Shown piece after piece: positions 12,170 to 24,600 of a DNA stretch of 64,000 nt (positions are counted from its first letter, which is position 1; the number at the start of each line of letters is the position of its first letter). The notes beneath the pieces were generated by a model. That model saw only the letters and a list, made by a program, of their open reading frames with translations, was not told the DNA's origin and did no database searches. The stretch is taken from assembly GCA_013239625.1 (NCBI GenBank), contig MU054323.1, forward strand, positions 3,026,161 to 3,090,160, written 5' to 3'. The translations under genes were made by a program, and so were the position numbers. Source of the DNA: Lama guanicoe (Eukaryota).

Positions 12170-12350
12170 GTCCACCTGCCACGGGCCAGATGCTGTGCTA
12201 ATAGTTCTTATTTAAATTATCTCATGAACCCATACACATGAGGTAGGTGTTTGTGTCCCCATTGTACAGATGAGGAAACTGAGAATCAGAGAAGTTAAGA
12301 AAGTCACCTGAGGTCACACAGCAAGCTTCAAATCCAGGGCTGCATGACTC
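12170..12350 (-). mobile_element. MIR SINE
   Basis: CCCCATTGTACAGATGAGGAAACTGAGAATCAGAGAAGTTAAG...GGTCACACAGC. Confidence 0.9.
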
Positions 12351-12399
12351 TTCCTAATACCCTGGTGGCCTCTTTGTAATGTCTGTGTAAAACCAGGAA

Positions 12400-12840
12400 T
12401 GGGGAAGGGAGACACACGGGGCTGAGACGAGCAGAAAAGGCTTTTCAAAAGGGGTGAGACTTGTTCTGGACAAGGGCGTAAGCTGGATGGTAATAGGTGG
12501 AGGTGAGGGATGGTGGAGGAGAAATGGGAGGAAATGTAACAGCGTTAACGGAGATGAGGGGGCTGAAAAGCACCCAGAGTGGGAGGGGGTCCCTGGGGTT
12601 GCAGGAGGCTCCCCACCTAGTAGATGAGGTTGGAAGCGCTCCAGGGGGCTGATAAGGAGGGTCTGCCTGATTTGGCTACTTGTCTTTTGGATGCAGTTGG
12701 GGAGCCATTGAAGCCTTTTGAGCAGAACCACGTGATGGAAGTAGCCCCTCAGGAAAATCACCTTGGCTGGGCTGTGCTGGCTACGCTGGTGAGCAAAGAC
12801 TAAGGGAGACATGTTACTTAAGGAGATGGTTACAATCAGC
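12400..12840 (-). mobile_element. L2 LINE fragment
   Basis: GCAGTTGGGAGCCATTGAAGCCTTTTGAGCAG...AGGAAAATCACCTTGGCTG, characteristic of reverse-strand L2. Confidence 0.7.
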
Positions 12841-14479
12841 CCCAAGCAACAGCAGATTTGTTAAAGATATTTCAAAATTATAAACAGACAACATTTTTAA
12901 TGGTTCGGTGTTTTGTTTAATCTAAACGACAGGATGTTCCAAACATCAGGAAAAACAATCCACGTTAACCTACAACTGAAACTATCACAAGAGCAACACA
13001 ACATCTTACTTCTGCCTCGACTGCAATAAAATGCAGTTCTTGGTTCAAGAAATCAGGGCAAGGAGTGACTTCTGAACCAGCCTTCCACTTAGCAATGCGG
13101 TTTTCTGCTGAGAAATTCACAGTCTCTCTTCACTGGATCTATTTTAATAACATAATGAGGGCCCCGCAACCCTGTCCTCCAACCTTCCCTGAGAATGCAC
13201 CCCTAAGTGCCTCAAGATGTCCAAGGCACATCAAAGGAAAGGAGAAGTATTCTTTGGATATACCGTACGATACAAATCCTGACATCCCACTGCTGGAAAC
13301 AAAAAGCCAGGACAGCTCCCGCAGTGCCCATAAAAATTATGGACTCAGAAGATTAACTGGCTCTGATGCTACACTGTTTTAGCCAACCGTAACCTGGCAT
13401 TTTACATTGAAGAAAGAAAGCGGGGGGAAAAGACGCCTTTATTAATACTTCTTGCCAAATTTCCCCTGAGTCCTCAGGAGGGACCCCCTTTGGCCTTCCT
13501 CTGCTCGGGGCCCTGTGCTAAAAGCTGCCGCCTCCTCTTTAAAGGAAGGCCAACCTGAGGTGCCTGAGAAAGGTTCCCAAGGAAAACGAGGAGCCTGTTT
13601 CCTGCCAAAACATTTAACTCTATGTTACTTCCATGCCACACTCCAGGCTCACAGCTTCTCAGAGCACGTGCCCAGAGTTCATCTGGTCCCCGCAACGTCC
13701 CTGTGAGGCAGGGGAAAAAAAGACAGGACAGAGATTGTTTCCCAGCCGCGGCATCTGAGTTGCGGAATTGCCACCATTGAGGTGTTGATAGAAAGAGCTA
13801 GAAGGGTTGTATTCCTTGGCCTGAGCTGGAAGGAGGACAGGGAGCTCCGGCCTTGGCCGTGAGCTGGCTCTAACTGTCCCAGTCAGAGATGGAGCCTGAG
13901 GGGTCAGAGAAAAGACGAACCCTCTGCTGTCCCTGCCCCTGCTGACAAAGCTTGGCCAGTTCGAGGCGCTCAGTTCCTCCCTCCGAGCTGAGATTCCAGC
14001 AGCTTAGACAACATAACTGGCCTCACCCCGTCAGCAAGTCCTTTTAAGTAGCCACTGTGCACCAAGTTCCCAAGAACCTACACTGTGGACAAAAGGATGT
14101 TTCCAAGTCAAAGGGAAGAATAATTTCCTTCAAAAGAGTATATACTTTGAAAAAAAAAGACAGTCAGTGAGCCAAGTCATACAGAATCTCCTTTTTCCCA
14201 AATGCCTAAATTCTAAAGTGCTGCCGTGAGACCCCAAGCCTTTCCACCTGCTATGCACATGCACACACACACACCCCCCCAAACCTGAGTCTGCCCCTTT
14301 CAGTGGGACCCAACACAACGATGGCCCCACCTCTTATACTGCGGTTGCAGGTGCTGCTGGAAGGAAGGCAGGGAAAAATCAATAGTTGCCTTGAACCCAG
14401 CAGCCTCCTGCTGGCACTGTCTCTCAAGTGCCTCCTTTCAACCCCACTCCTTTCCCCGCTCTTTCTCTTGCTCCACACC

Positions 14480-14770
14480 TCAGGCAGCCCCAACACTTTC
14501 CCCTGGGAGTTACACATGGAGCTTTACTCCATTCCCACAGCCCCAGCTGCCTTCTTTAGTTGGCCCACTCTGAGCTCAAGGGGAGAGACCATCTTGTCCA
14601 CCTTTAAAACTCTGATGAGAGGAAGACACAAGAAGATGCTCTATAAACACTCGCTGAATAAATGGATGCGTGGGTAGGTAGGTGGGTGAGCAGGTGAGTG
14701 GACAGGTGGATGGATGAATGGGCAGATGAATCCATCAACCGATCTACAGGCAGATGCATGAAAGCCTGAA
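14480..14770 (+). mobile_element. L2 3' end with degenerate (TGGA/TGAA)n tail
   Basis: CTCTGAGCTCAAGGGAGAGACCATCTTGT...GATGCTCTATAAACACTCGCTGAATAAATGGATG followed by GGTG/GATG repeats. Confidence 0.65.
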
Positions 14771-17184
14771 TTAATCCCCACGGCGGCATCACAACGCTGA
14801 TGGTCACAAATTTAATCTCTCTAGGGCTCATTCATTGCCATACATCCTGCCTGAATCAAAAGGCCTTCCTCAGGCGGCCACAGCTGCCTCCGTACTTTGC
14901 CGTGACAGCAACTCCAGGAGGCGAACAGCTAGTGTGGCCTCTGTCACACCAACCCGGCACAGGCCTGGCTGTGCTCTTAGAAGCAAATGCGGTCCCTCTG
15001 GGGGCTGCAGTCTCCTCAGGGACCATCTTCTGAGACTTGGAACCTCTCCCACCTCCTTTGCATCAGGATCCTGAACTCAGTTTCTCAAGGAGGCCAGTGC
15101 TCTCCTCAACTGTGGGCACCAAACAGGGGTCTTTAACTGGGCCTGCCCTAACCGAGCCCACCCTTGCCCCCAGCACTTCTAAGAATAAGATAATTTTATT
15201 TTGGAGGCAGTGTATTTTCCCCAGCTCTGGGATGGAAATTTTCTCATAAAAGCGGCCTGTGAAACAGAACTGCCCTCAAGAGGGGGCCTATGACCCCAAC
15301 GAGGGATGTGAACCTAGAAGACAACAACCTTCACCATTCTCTTCTGGGGGACGGCAAAGCTATCCCGCCTGCCGGCTCAACCTGAATCTCCCTGAACTTC
15401 CCCAAACCATTGGATTGATGCTAGTAATGCCAAAGACAAAATTCGTCGTCTGAGCCTCTCCAATTCCAGGAGTCACAAAACTAAAGACCAGCAGTGTCAT
15501 GATGCCCTCACAATATTTGTATCTCCCTATCTGTGCTCCCATTGTACAGACAGGGAAACGGAGACCCGGAAAGTACCAAGTCCCCTGCCTTCCAGCCCAG
15601 GCTCTCTGCTGCTGGCTGGTGGCTGAGGCCAGACCTGGTTCACAGCACGGGGATCACCAATGGTCAGAGGTTGGGGCTAGGAGGCTGAGAATTTTCGGAA
15701 GGCCACCATTACCAGCATGGGCTTCCTGCTGAGGCCACTGAGTGGAGGAAATAATAATGGAGATTGAGAGGCATTCGGCATTTGACCTTCCGCAACCCCA
15801 CCGTTTTTCAGTAGAACCTGATAGGGATCAGTCACATCTGCTCTCAATAGCAAATGTAAAAAATGACCTGCAGCTTTAAGGTCTGAAAAACATAAACTTG
15901 CGTTAAAAGACTGACAAAAAAAATTCATGCACTCCATAGCATGATGTCATTCGAGTGCACACACGTTGCAATAACAACCGTCCATCAGGGCCGGGCCCTG
16001 GACCTGAGCTCTCCCCTCCTGGGAATCATAAGCTGCCCCAGTCCCCCTGCGTGTCAGCCGTCCAGCCGGTCACAGAGCAGGCCTGTGTAATCAGGGCTGG
16101 GCTGCTAGGCCGGGTAGGCCCTGAGCTACAGCGGGTATCAACTTACCTCGCTCCCCACTTCAAACGTTCGCGTGAGCTGCCGGAAGGCTGATGGGAAGCA
16201 CATTCTGGAAAGCCCAGAACAAGCTCAGCTCTGCCAGGGACCTGGGGAACAGCCTGAGCTGGCCAGCAGTCAGTGGGGCAGGGAGCTCCTCGTCAGCCAC
16301 GTGGGCGAGGCCCTCCAGGCCCCTGTTCTGTATGCAGGAGCCAACCAGAATGCTCCTCGGGCTGCCCTGGGGTGCCACTGCCCTGGGGAGGCACAGCAAT
16401 GCGGCCTTCATCCCTACACACTCCCGCCCCCCACCCACCTCTATCACCTCACTCTCCCATCTGGGCTGTCTGGAGCTCTGGGCTGTCAGGAGCTCTGGAC
16501 TGATGGAAACTCGGGAAAAAATACTTAGGGGACACCAGATAACCCACTAGATTAGCCTCAGGGATCTTCACTCCAAAAGTGTTAAAGATACTATTCTGAG
16601 CCCGGCTTGGTGCCTGGGGCCCAGGAAATTGTCCAGGCTCTTGGCCTTCAGGAGTTCACAGCCCAGATTGAGAGGCAAGACTCACCCAGACTACACATAT
16701 CCAGGGCTTAAGTGGGACCTCCTAGGACCAATGGAGGGAGGATGGAGATTGACAAAGGAAAGAAAATTTGCAAAATCCAGACCCCACCAAACCCTGTGAC
16801 GAGATCGATTTTCTGAGCTAGACGACAGTTCACTGCTTGCCTCAATTCAAAATCATAACCCACAGGGGCCAATGGCTGTATGTTCTCCTCTGTGTCCCTC
16901 GAGATGGAGACAAAGGGAACCAGCTTTCATTGAGCCTCTACTGTGCGTCACGTTCCAGGATGGGCACCTGTCACTCGTCTCCTCCTTTACTGCTCTCAAC
17001 AACCCAGGCAGCAAGGTGGGACATGGAAGGCTAATGAGGCAACTCTGTGGGCTACACTGGTTTCTGCTCCACCTGGAACAGCTCACTGGTGCTTCCCCAA
17101 AGGAGCAGAGCTCGGCCAGACCCTAATCAACAGGAGAGCAAATTCTGCTCTACCCACTGTTCCAGCCAGTGGAGTGTGGTGGCA

Positions 17185-17375
17185 CAACTGGCTGGGCTCA
17201 AAACGATGTGTCAGCCTGAGAGTTCCTCTACCAAGTGGAACTTCAGCAGCCTGGCGGTTCCCATGCCTGTGGAATATGGTTTGATCTGTCACTTCATCAA
17301 ATACAGGGATGCTAAGACGATTTGAAATGTAGCCTCTGTCCTCAAACGACTCCTAAGTTATTAGAAGGAGAGAAA
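17185..17375 (+). repeat. Diverged local direct repeat, copy 1 (copy 2 at ~18835-19025); 3' half is L2-derived
   Basis: Colinear manual alignment, e.g. TACAGGGATGCTAAG/TACAGGGATGCCAAG, CTGTCCTCAAAC shared, AGTTATTAGAAGGAG/AGTTATTAGAGGGAG. Confidence 0.8.
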
Positions 17376-18834
17376 ACTGTAAACAGACAACTGTCCTGGT
17401 GTATGAGTGCCAGAGAGACATCTATGCAGAGGATGCTGCAGACACAAAGGGCAGGGTGATGAGTCTGACCCGGAAGCGACAGAAGCTTTCATGGTGGGGG
17501 TGGCCCTTGAACCGTCCATAAGCTCTTCGGAGGTGCTAAGTGCCTGGGACCATCAGGGCTGAACGAGGCATGGTCTCTGCCCTCTCAAACCCCACTCTCA
17601 CTGAAGAACACTCCCTCAACAGGGAAGAGTGAAAGGTTAGCTGGAGAATACAAATGGAAGATATTGCTGGAGGCCAAAGTCGGGAGAGGCCAGAGGGTTG
17701 ATATATAATAAGATATGACTGAAGAATTGAATTATACTGGGCAGAGGGAGCCAGGGAGAACTTTCTAGAAAAGGTGACCAGCTCAGATCTCCATGAGTGA
17801 GGGTTGAATGATAAAAAAGGCTGAGAGAGAGAGGACACTCTGCAGAACACACCAACAGAGCCCACACTGAACATCAACGCATGGACCCACCCCGTGGGTG
17901 ATTCCAACTGGCTTCCTGAAGGCAGGTCGTTTAACCAAGCTGTTCTCAGGCCCAGGCCCCAGTTACCTTGCCGCCACCTCAGGGCTCACCCTCCTGTCCT
18001 GAGTCCTCCCCAGTGGAAAGTAGCCTCCGGCGATGGACAGGAGCTGAACTCTGCCCAGGCCCTCAGGAGAGCCTAGGGGCCACGGAGACTTCCCCAAATT
18101 TGGATTAAGAAAACAGCTATTCTCTGCCTCCTCCACAGGATACATAGCTTCTCTCTAAGTCAGCAGGAGCCCATCACTAAGGCTATGAGAAAATAAACAA
18201 AGGGAATCTAATTTCAAGGGACACGCAGGCTCCAAGAAGGACAGCGTGCTCAGATGGGTCCTTTTTCTCCAGGGCACGCTGACTTGTGGGAATTTCACAG
18301 CTATGGTGCCAGCAGATTCAGGAGCACTTGCTGCCAATGATAAAGTGATAGAGTCACACTTGGGCCTCCCTGGGGACACTCCAGCATTAGGGGCTCCAGG
18401 ATGTGTCCACAAAAACCCAAAAGAGAACCCAGAGGACTCGAGCCTTGAGTTGATCCAAGAGCTCAAGCCTGCAAACGCTGTCCCCTGCCTCTCCTAGACC
18501 TGAGCTCCCCCTTCTCGGCCCCGTCAGAGTCGACTGACACCTGAATACCAACTGCCCTGCTAGTAGGACATACGTGCTCTTCTTGGACAAACCAGCTTCC
18601 CTCTCCTAATTGCTAGCAGGGTCTACATTGTAGGAGGGACCCCTCGACGTTCTAGCAGGACCAGACCAAAGCTGGGCCTCAAACAAGGTTGTACAGCATG
18701 TGCATCAGGAACAAAGCATGGATCCCAGGGTGTGGGAGCTGAATGGGTTCTTAAAAGGAAAACAAGAATACAGGAAGCATCAAAGCCACTAGAAAAGCCG
18801 AAGTTAATTAAACTGAGAAATGTATTTAGCGGAG

Positions 18835-19025
18835 CTGTTGGCTGGACTTAGAATAATGCGTCGCCCTGAGCATGTCCTTACTGACGCAGGATTTCAGCAA
18901 CTCGGGGGCCCTGCGGCATGAGGAGTACGGTTTGGGCTGTCGGTTCGTGAACTACAGGGATGCCAAGGCCACTAAAACACAGCTCCTGTCCTCAAACAGC
19001 TCATGAGTTATTAGAGGGAGGGAAG
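18835..19025 (+). repeat. Diverged local direct repeat, copy 2
   Basis: Aligns with 17185-17375 from TGGCTGG through AGTTATTAGA. Confidence 0.8.
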
Positions 19026-19504
19026 AAAGAGGCTCTGACGGCTTAACGATTTTAAGTCAACAGAGGGAGATTAGCAAGAGTTGATGCCTCATGACCCTGA
19101 CCCCACAGAGGCCGCACAAATGGCAGCAGCATCGAGGAGCACTGCAAGAGCCCTGGCACGCAGAGGGAAGAAGGGCTGGGGCTGAGAGGATGGGAGGCGG
19201 CAAACGGAGAGGGCGCAGGTCCAGAACCAGGCCAAGTGAGTTGTGCTCCTGGCTCTGCCAGTGTTCTGGGGACATGTGACGAGTCTCCTCCCCTTTACGG
19301 GCCTGGTGCCCACATCTGTATAATGGGTAGGCTTGGCCTGGCTGACTGCTCAGTGCTGATCTATAAGCTTAGATAAGAAGGGTGTTGACAAATCTGCCAG
19401 CAGGTTGGAAGAACTGTCCACGCCCGGCCCACTGAAGTGCCCGAATTATACTATCAAGCTTGGCGAAAGCTTGAATCTGTTAGTTACTCCCAAGTCCAGA
19501 GATT

Positions 19505-19735
19505 GCAGAGACAGATATGTAGATTAGAGATAGAGACAGAGACTTCAACATAGATACAGAGTCAGATAGAGAAATAAAGATTTTGCTTTAGAAATAAAGA
19601 TAGATTTAGATACAGATTCTTATTTAGATATAGATTAGATTTAGATGTAGATATAGGTACAGATATAGATATGTGTGTACGGACATATATACACACAGAC
19701 ACACGTATGTGTGTGTGTACATGTGGGTGTGCATC
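19505..19735. repeat. Degenerate (TAGA/TAGATA)n array grading into a TG/CA/TA alternating tract
   Basis: Repeated AGATA/TAGAT units visible directly. Confidence 0.8.
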
Positions 19736-20129
19736 TGTACCCCACTAAGTACACTTCTCATAGCTGAGGACAGTACTACTGATTTTATTGGAGTTCATTT
19801 TCTATATTTATCACACCAAAATCCTCTCCATTCTTCAAAGCCCATCTCAACGACCTCCTCCAAAGAGCCTTCCTCGACCCACAGGAGAGACTCTCTCTTG
19901 TGTAAAGTCCTTCAAGTTGCCATTGGAGCCAGCTGTGACCATAGGATAACAACTAATTAATTAATGATTGCCTCTGGAAATGCTCCCGAAGGTAGAAATC
20001 ACTGTATCCCTGTAGAGGCTGCCAAAGACAGCTGTCCTTGGTGAAGCGGCCGGTGACCAGCCAGCTTCCTACAGCAGAAGAGGCGTCCCAGCAAATGCTC
20101 ATGTGCGGGACTCCTCCATCACAAAGTGA

Positions 20130-20215
20130 ACTTTGACCAACACCTCAGACCATACACCAAAATTAAGTCAAGACACTTTTACAAACCTAAATGTAAAAGC
20201 TAAAACAAAGAAGGA

Positions 20216-20286
<71 letters not shown>

Positions 20287-21415
20287 GAAGGAAGGAAGGA
20301 AGGAAGGAAGGAAGGAAGGAAGGAAGGAAGGAAGGAAGGAAACCTAAGAATGTATTTAGAACTGGGAGGGAGGCAAATTTTTCCTAGATGGGGTACAGAA
20401 AGCACTAAAGCATAGAAAAAGTAATAAAGCAGACTTCTGCTCATTAAAAGGCATAAAAAATACAGAGACCAGCCACAGGAAAATATCCACGATACATATA
20501 TCCAACAAAGAACTGGAATCCAGACTACATTTTAAAATTCCTGTAAATCAATTTTTAAAAGACAACCTAAAAATAAGAAAAGACACAGATGCTTAAAAAA
20601 AAAAAGAAATCCACATGACCAATAAACATATAAAGGATATTCAACACATAAAAGTGATCAGGAAAATGCAAATTAAAACTACAGTAAGTTACAACTGCAC
20701 ACCTAGCAGAATGTCTAAAATCAACTAGACTGTCAATACCAAATTTTGGAAAGGATGCAGAACACCTGGATCACTCATACTTTGCTGGTGGAAGTGTACA
20801 ATGGTACAACCTCTTTGGAAAACTGTTTGGCAATTTCTTATAAAGTTAAACATACACCTACCTGATTTTCTAGCAATTTCACTCCTACGGAATCACTCAA
20901 AAAAAAATGAAAACATATGTCCACAAAATATATGACTATATGTGAATACTCCCAGAAGAATTATTCATAAAGACTTTTTAAAACAAACCCAAAGGTTGTT
21001 TCCTTCAAAAGGAAAAAAGAGAAACAAATTTGAGGTAGAGTCATAGAATGGACTAGTACACAATCATAAAAAGAAGTGGACCACGGATACACACAGCAAT
21101 ATGAATGAATTTCAAAAATACTACGCTCAGCTAAAGGAGCCAGGAAAAAAAGTTTAGGTTGTTTGACCCAATTTTTCTATGAATTCTAAGAACAGGCAGG
21201 AGGAATCTATGAAGACAATATTCAGAACTGTGGTGTTTTCCGCGGGGCAGGAGGGCATAAAGGAAAGACGCACAGAAAACTCGCTCAGGTGACGAAAATG
21301 TTTTGTGTCTTGATGGGGGTGTTGGTTACATGGGCACAGACACATGCTAAAGCTCACTGTACACCTAAGTTTTGTGTATTTTATAGTATGTAATTATATC
21401 TCAATTTTTTTAAAA
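20130..21415 (+). mobile_element. Old L1 (L1MC/L1ME-class), ORF2 end plus 3'UTR
   Basis: ACCATACACCAAAATTAA...AAACCTAAATGTAAAAGCTAAAAC; GGAAAATGCAAATTAAAAC; TGGTACAACCTCTTTGGAAAACTGTTTGGCAATTTCTTATAAAGTTAAACATAC; ends AATTATATCTCAAT. Confidence 0.9.
20214..20341 (+). repeat. Compound microsatellite (GAAA)18(GGAA)14 inside the L1
   Basis: Direct count. Confidence 0.97.
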
Positions 21416-21632
21416 GAAGGAATTCATTTACTTAATGACTACTTATAAAATGTCTCCTGTGTATCGGAATTTGGGCGATGGGCTGGGGATGTGGCCGTAA
21501 GTAGGATGTGGCTCCTCTCTCAAGAATGAATGTATGGAAAAAGCACTCCTTTGCTATTTCTCATGCACTTAGCTTCCCAGTGACTGAAGCCATTTCTAGG
21601 CTTTGTCGGTCACACTTTGCACACACATACAC

Positions 21633-21636
<4 letters not shown>

Positions 21637-21668
<32 letters not shown>
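21637..21668 (+). repeat. (CA)16 microsatellite
   Basis: Direct count. Confidence 0.95.
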
Positions 21669-21670
<2 letters not shown>

Positions 21671-22289
21671 TGCGTGTGTGTGCCCCTGCCACCCTAGGTC
21701 TCTGATGTGTTGTGGCAGTGCATAAATGTTTGGGTCTCAAGGAACCCATCAGAATGGTATTACCTTCCCAAAGTAGCCTGGACAGGAAGCTTCCAGAATC
21801 AGTCTTCCAGGTCAGGAGGAGCCCAGAGTCCTCAAGCAAGCAGCCCTCCGACTCCTGCCTTCCCTCCCAGGGAAGGCACCAGCTCTTCTCCTGGGGCCTT
21901 GTCTACAAGCCCAGAGGCCTCGGAAGGGGAGGGGGAGGAGCCCTTGACCTGCTGGCTCCCAGCTCCCCCACCTACCCCTCCAGGGAGAAAGAAATCCAAA
22001 CAAAAGCCTATTCTCACAGGCAGCCCTTCCAAGAAAAACCAAGTTCTAGAGATGCCGGGTCTGGTGTGAATAAGGAAAAAATGCAGAATTCCGAAAGACA
22101 AGGTCCAAAAAACATTTCTCCCACTGAGTGTGCTATGAAAAGAAAGGGGACAAGAAGGTGGACTAGAAGGAACCCCAAGGCACCCACAGCCAATGAGAGG
22201 GTTGACCTCCAGCCATCACTAGTTCCTGGAAAAGGTCTGATTTTCAGTGACCCAGGAGGTGCCCCGTTACTTTCAAAATGTTCGAAACT

Positions 22290-22710
22290 ACACTTACTTC
22301 TGAGCTTTGCTTCCTCATCTGTGAAACAGGAATAACAGCCCCACCCGGCCCGCTTCACAAGGGTGATGCGGGGCTTCACAGGAAACGTGAGGAGCGGGAA
22401 GGTACTCTGCAGACTCCGAGATGCTCTACACCCCAGCCATGATCAGCGTGCAGCCCCCCCACCCCCATCTCACGGTCTTAGATATCTGTGTTTTATAAAA
22501 AGAAGAAGAGCCTTGGTTGCATTTCTGGCTTCAAAACACTCTGACTACGTAGGTTGGGAAACTGACCCAATTTCTCTGAGCCAGCTTCCACGTCTGGAGA
22601 ATGGGAATGTTAATATCTCCCTTGAAGTTTGCAGCCAAGATTAGAAAGATGTCGATGAAGCTTTTAGGAGAATACCTGGTACAGAGTCAGAGTTCAATAA
22701 CTGGAAGTTG
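22290..22710 (+). mobile_element. Two adjacent MIR fragments
   Basis: GCTTCCTCATCTGTGAAACAGGAATAA (~22310) and GCCAGCTTCCACGTCTGGAGAATGGGAAT...CCTGGTACAGAGT...TCAATAA (~22580-22700). Confidence 0.7.
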
Positions 22711-24029
22711 TTATGATCCTTACTGTGGAAAGAGGTTCACTAGTCCTGCCTACTTAAGCCTTTAGAGGAGCAAAGTGGCAGAATTCTCAACTGGCCAGAA
22801 AAAAAAAAAAAACCATACACATAGGCTCAGATTTTTCTGGAAGAGTTCATTAGGCATCCTGTGAATGTTAAGAGCAACTGCCGTATACTGAGCCCCTCCT
22901 CCGGGCCAGCCACTGCGCCCAGAGCTGCAGCCCACACGATGGCATGCATGGAAACCACGGGAGGTGGGGGTGTCATCCCCGGCATGCAGAGCAGGGTGCT
23001 GGAACTCAGCAAGCTTACAGACCTTGCTCAGGTTCACACAGAGTGGCAGAGGCAGCACACACAGGCAGGACCATCTGATGACAGGAGCAGCACACAGATG
23101 CGGGACTGTCTGAGCCTAAAGCCTACACTCCAGGGCTGCAGTGTGCTGGCATTCCGACCACATCGTGCCCCTAAAATCAGCTTAGAAACCTCAGCCAACC
23201 ACAGGGGACACTGCATCCCAGAAGCTGGGCTGAATCTGGGGGACCCTCACTCAGCAACCTGCATCCCCCACATTCTCCATCAACCTCTGGGAAGAATGTC
23301 ATTTTCTTTTTCCACCTTCTGACTGTCAGTGAGGGCACAGCCAACCAAAGGCAGCCAAGGTCCATCCACATACTACTGGATGGGCCAACAGGGACCTAGG
23401 AATATTCCACGATGCCTGGGGTACTTGTTGAGCCTGGTGGGACTGGTATCGGGGGAGTAGACAGGTGGTGTGGGGCAGCAGGGAGGAGAGGTGCCGCATT
23501 AAGAGTCAAATAAGCCCAGAAGTCAGCCTTTGAAATTGCAGCTCAGAACAGCATCCAAGGGCACAGGCTGGCACAACTGTGTCTCCTGGGCAAGAGTCAC
23601 AGTGGGAAAGGGGAGAAAACCAGAAAAGGAAACAGTGAGCTGTCAAGCAAAAGGCATGACCCCTCCTCCTTTCCTGGCAAAGCGAGGCCATCAGGAGAAG
23701 AGACCCCAAGAATCCAGAAGCATCTCTGCTTTGCATCCATCTCAGCTACTCGCCAGAACACACATGGCTGAGGAAGCCCAGTCTTTCCATTTAATGAGTC
23801 AGCCAACACTAGCTGAGCATCTCCGTGTGCAAGACGCTGAGGCAGGTGCAGGGATGAAGCCACAGCCAGAAGACAGCTGTCACCTCCTGGAGGCCACCGT
23901 CTGGCAGGGGAGGGGAGCACTAGGGACACAGTGACTATACTGCAGGGAGCAAGGGGCCACAGTGCTGGGCCCGGGCCAGCCTCGGGGAAAGGGGCAGGTG
24001 GCCGGGGGCGGGGATGGGCAACGGCTGCA

Positions 24030-24298
24030 CAGAAGGTGAATGCAAGGGAGGGTTTCCAGGCAGAGGAAACACTGTGAGTTCAAACAGTGTGCAAAAGAAT
24101 AGCACCTAGGTTCAGGAAACTTCCAGGAGTCCCATAGGTTGGAGCACAGAAAGCAAAGGGCAAACTGCATAGCGTGACATCACTGGACACATGTGTAGGG
24201 TCACCAAGGTTGCACTGCGAAGGCAAGATTTTCCTCTTGGAGCAGTGGGAGGGTGTGGAGGCAGAGGCACAGCATGGTCAGGGTCACACTTGAGAACT
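24030..24298 (-). mobile_element. L2 fragment
   Basis: TTTCCAGGCAGAGGAAACACTGTGAG...CAGGAAACTTCCAGGAGTCCCATAGGTTGGAGC. Confidence 0.65.
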
Positions 24299-24362
24299 AC
24301 CCTGCCCAATGTGGTAGCCACTCACCACACATGACTTTACATTAATTAAAATAAATTAAATT
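24299..24362. mobile_element. MER3/MER33-like hAT end fragment
   Basis: CTGCCCAATGTGGTAGCCACTCACCACACATGACT followed by AT-rich ATTAATTAAAATAAATTAAATTTAA. Confidence 0.6.
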
Positions 24363-24600
24363 TAATGCACAGTATGGTGACTATAGTTAATAATACTGTA
24401 TTACACGTTTGAAAGTGCTAAGAAGGTAGATTTTAAAAGTCCCCATCACAAGAAAAAAAAATTTGTAACTATACAAAGTGACGGATGTTAACCAGACATT
24501 GTGGCGATCATTTTGCAATACGTACAAACATGGAATCCTTGTGTTGTGCACCTAAAACTAATATAATGTTAAATGTCAATTATATCTCAATAAAAGTTTT
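24363..24600 (+). mobile_element. L1 3' end (L1MA9/10-like)
   Basis: ATGGTGACTATAGTTAATAATACTGTATT...GTAACTAT...GATCATTTTGCAATA...TGTCAATTATATCTCAATAAA. Confidence 0.9.

Noticed and set aside
20133..20444. KKER/KEGR and FLSF/PSFL repetitive ORFs
   Set aside because: Translations of the (GAAA)n(GGAA)n microsatellite.
21712..22335. 207-aa plus-strand ORF
   Set aside because: No recognisable domain, ends within a MIR, and is overlapped by ORFs in other frames as expected for stop-poor sequence.
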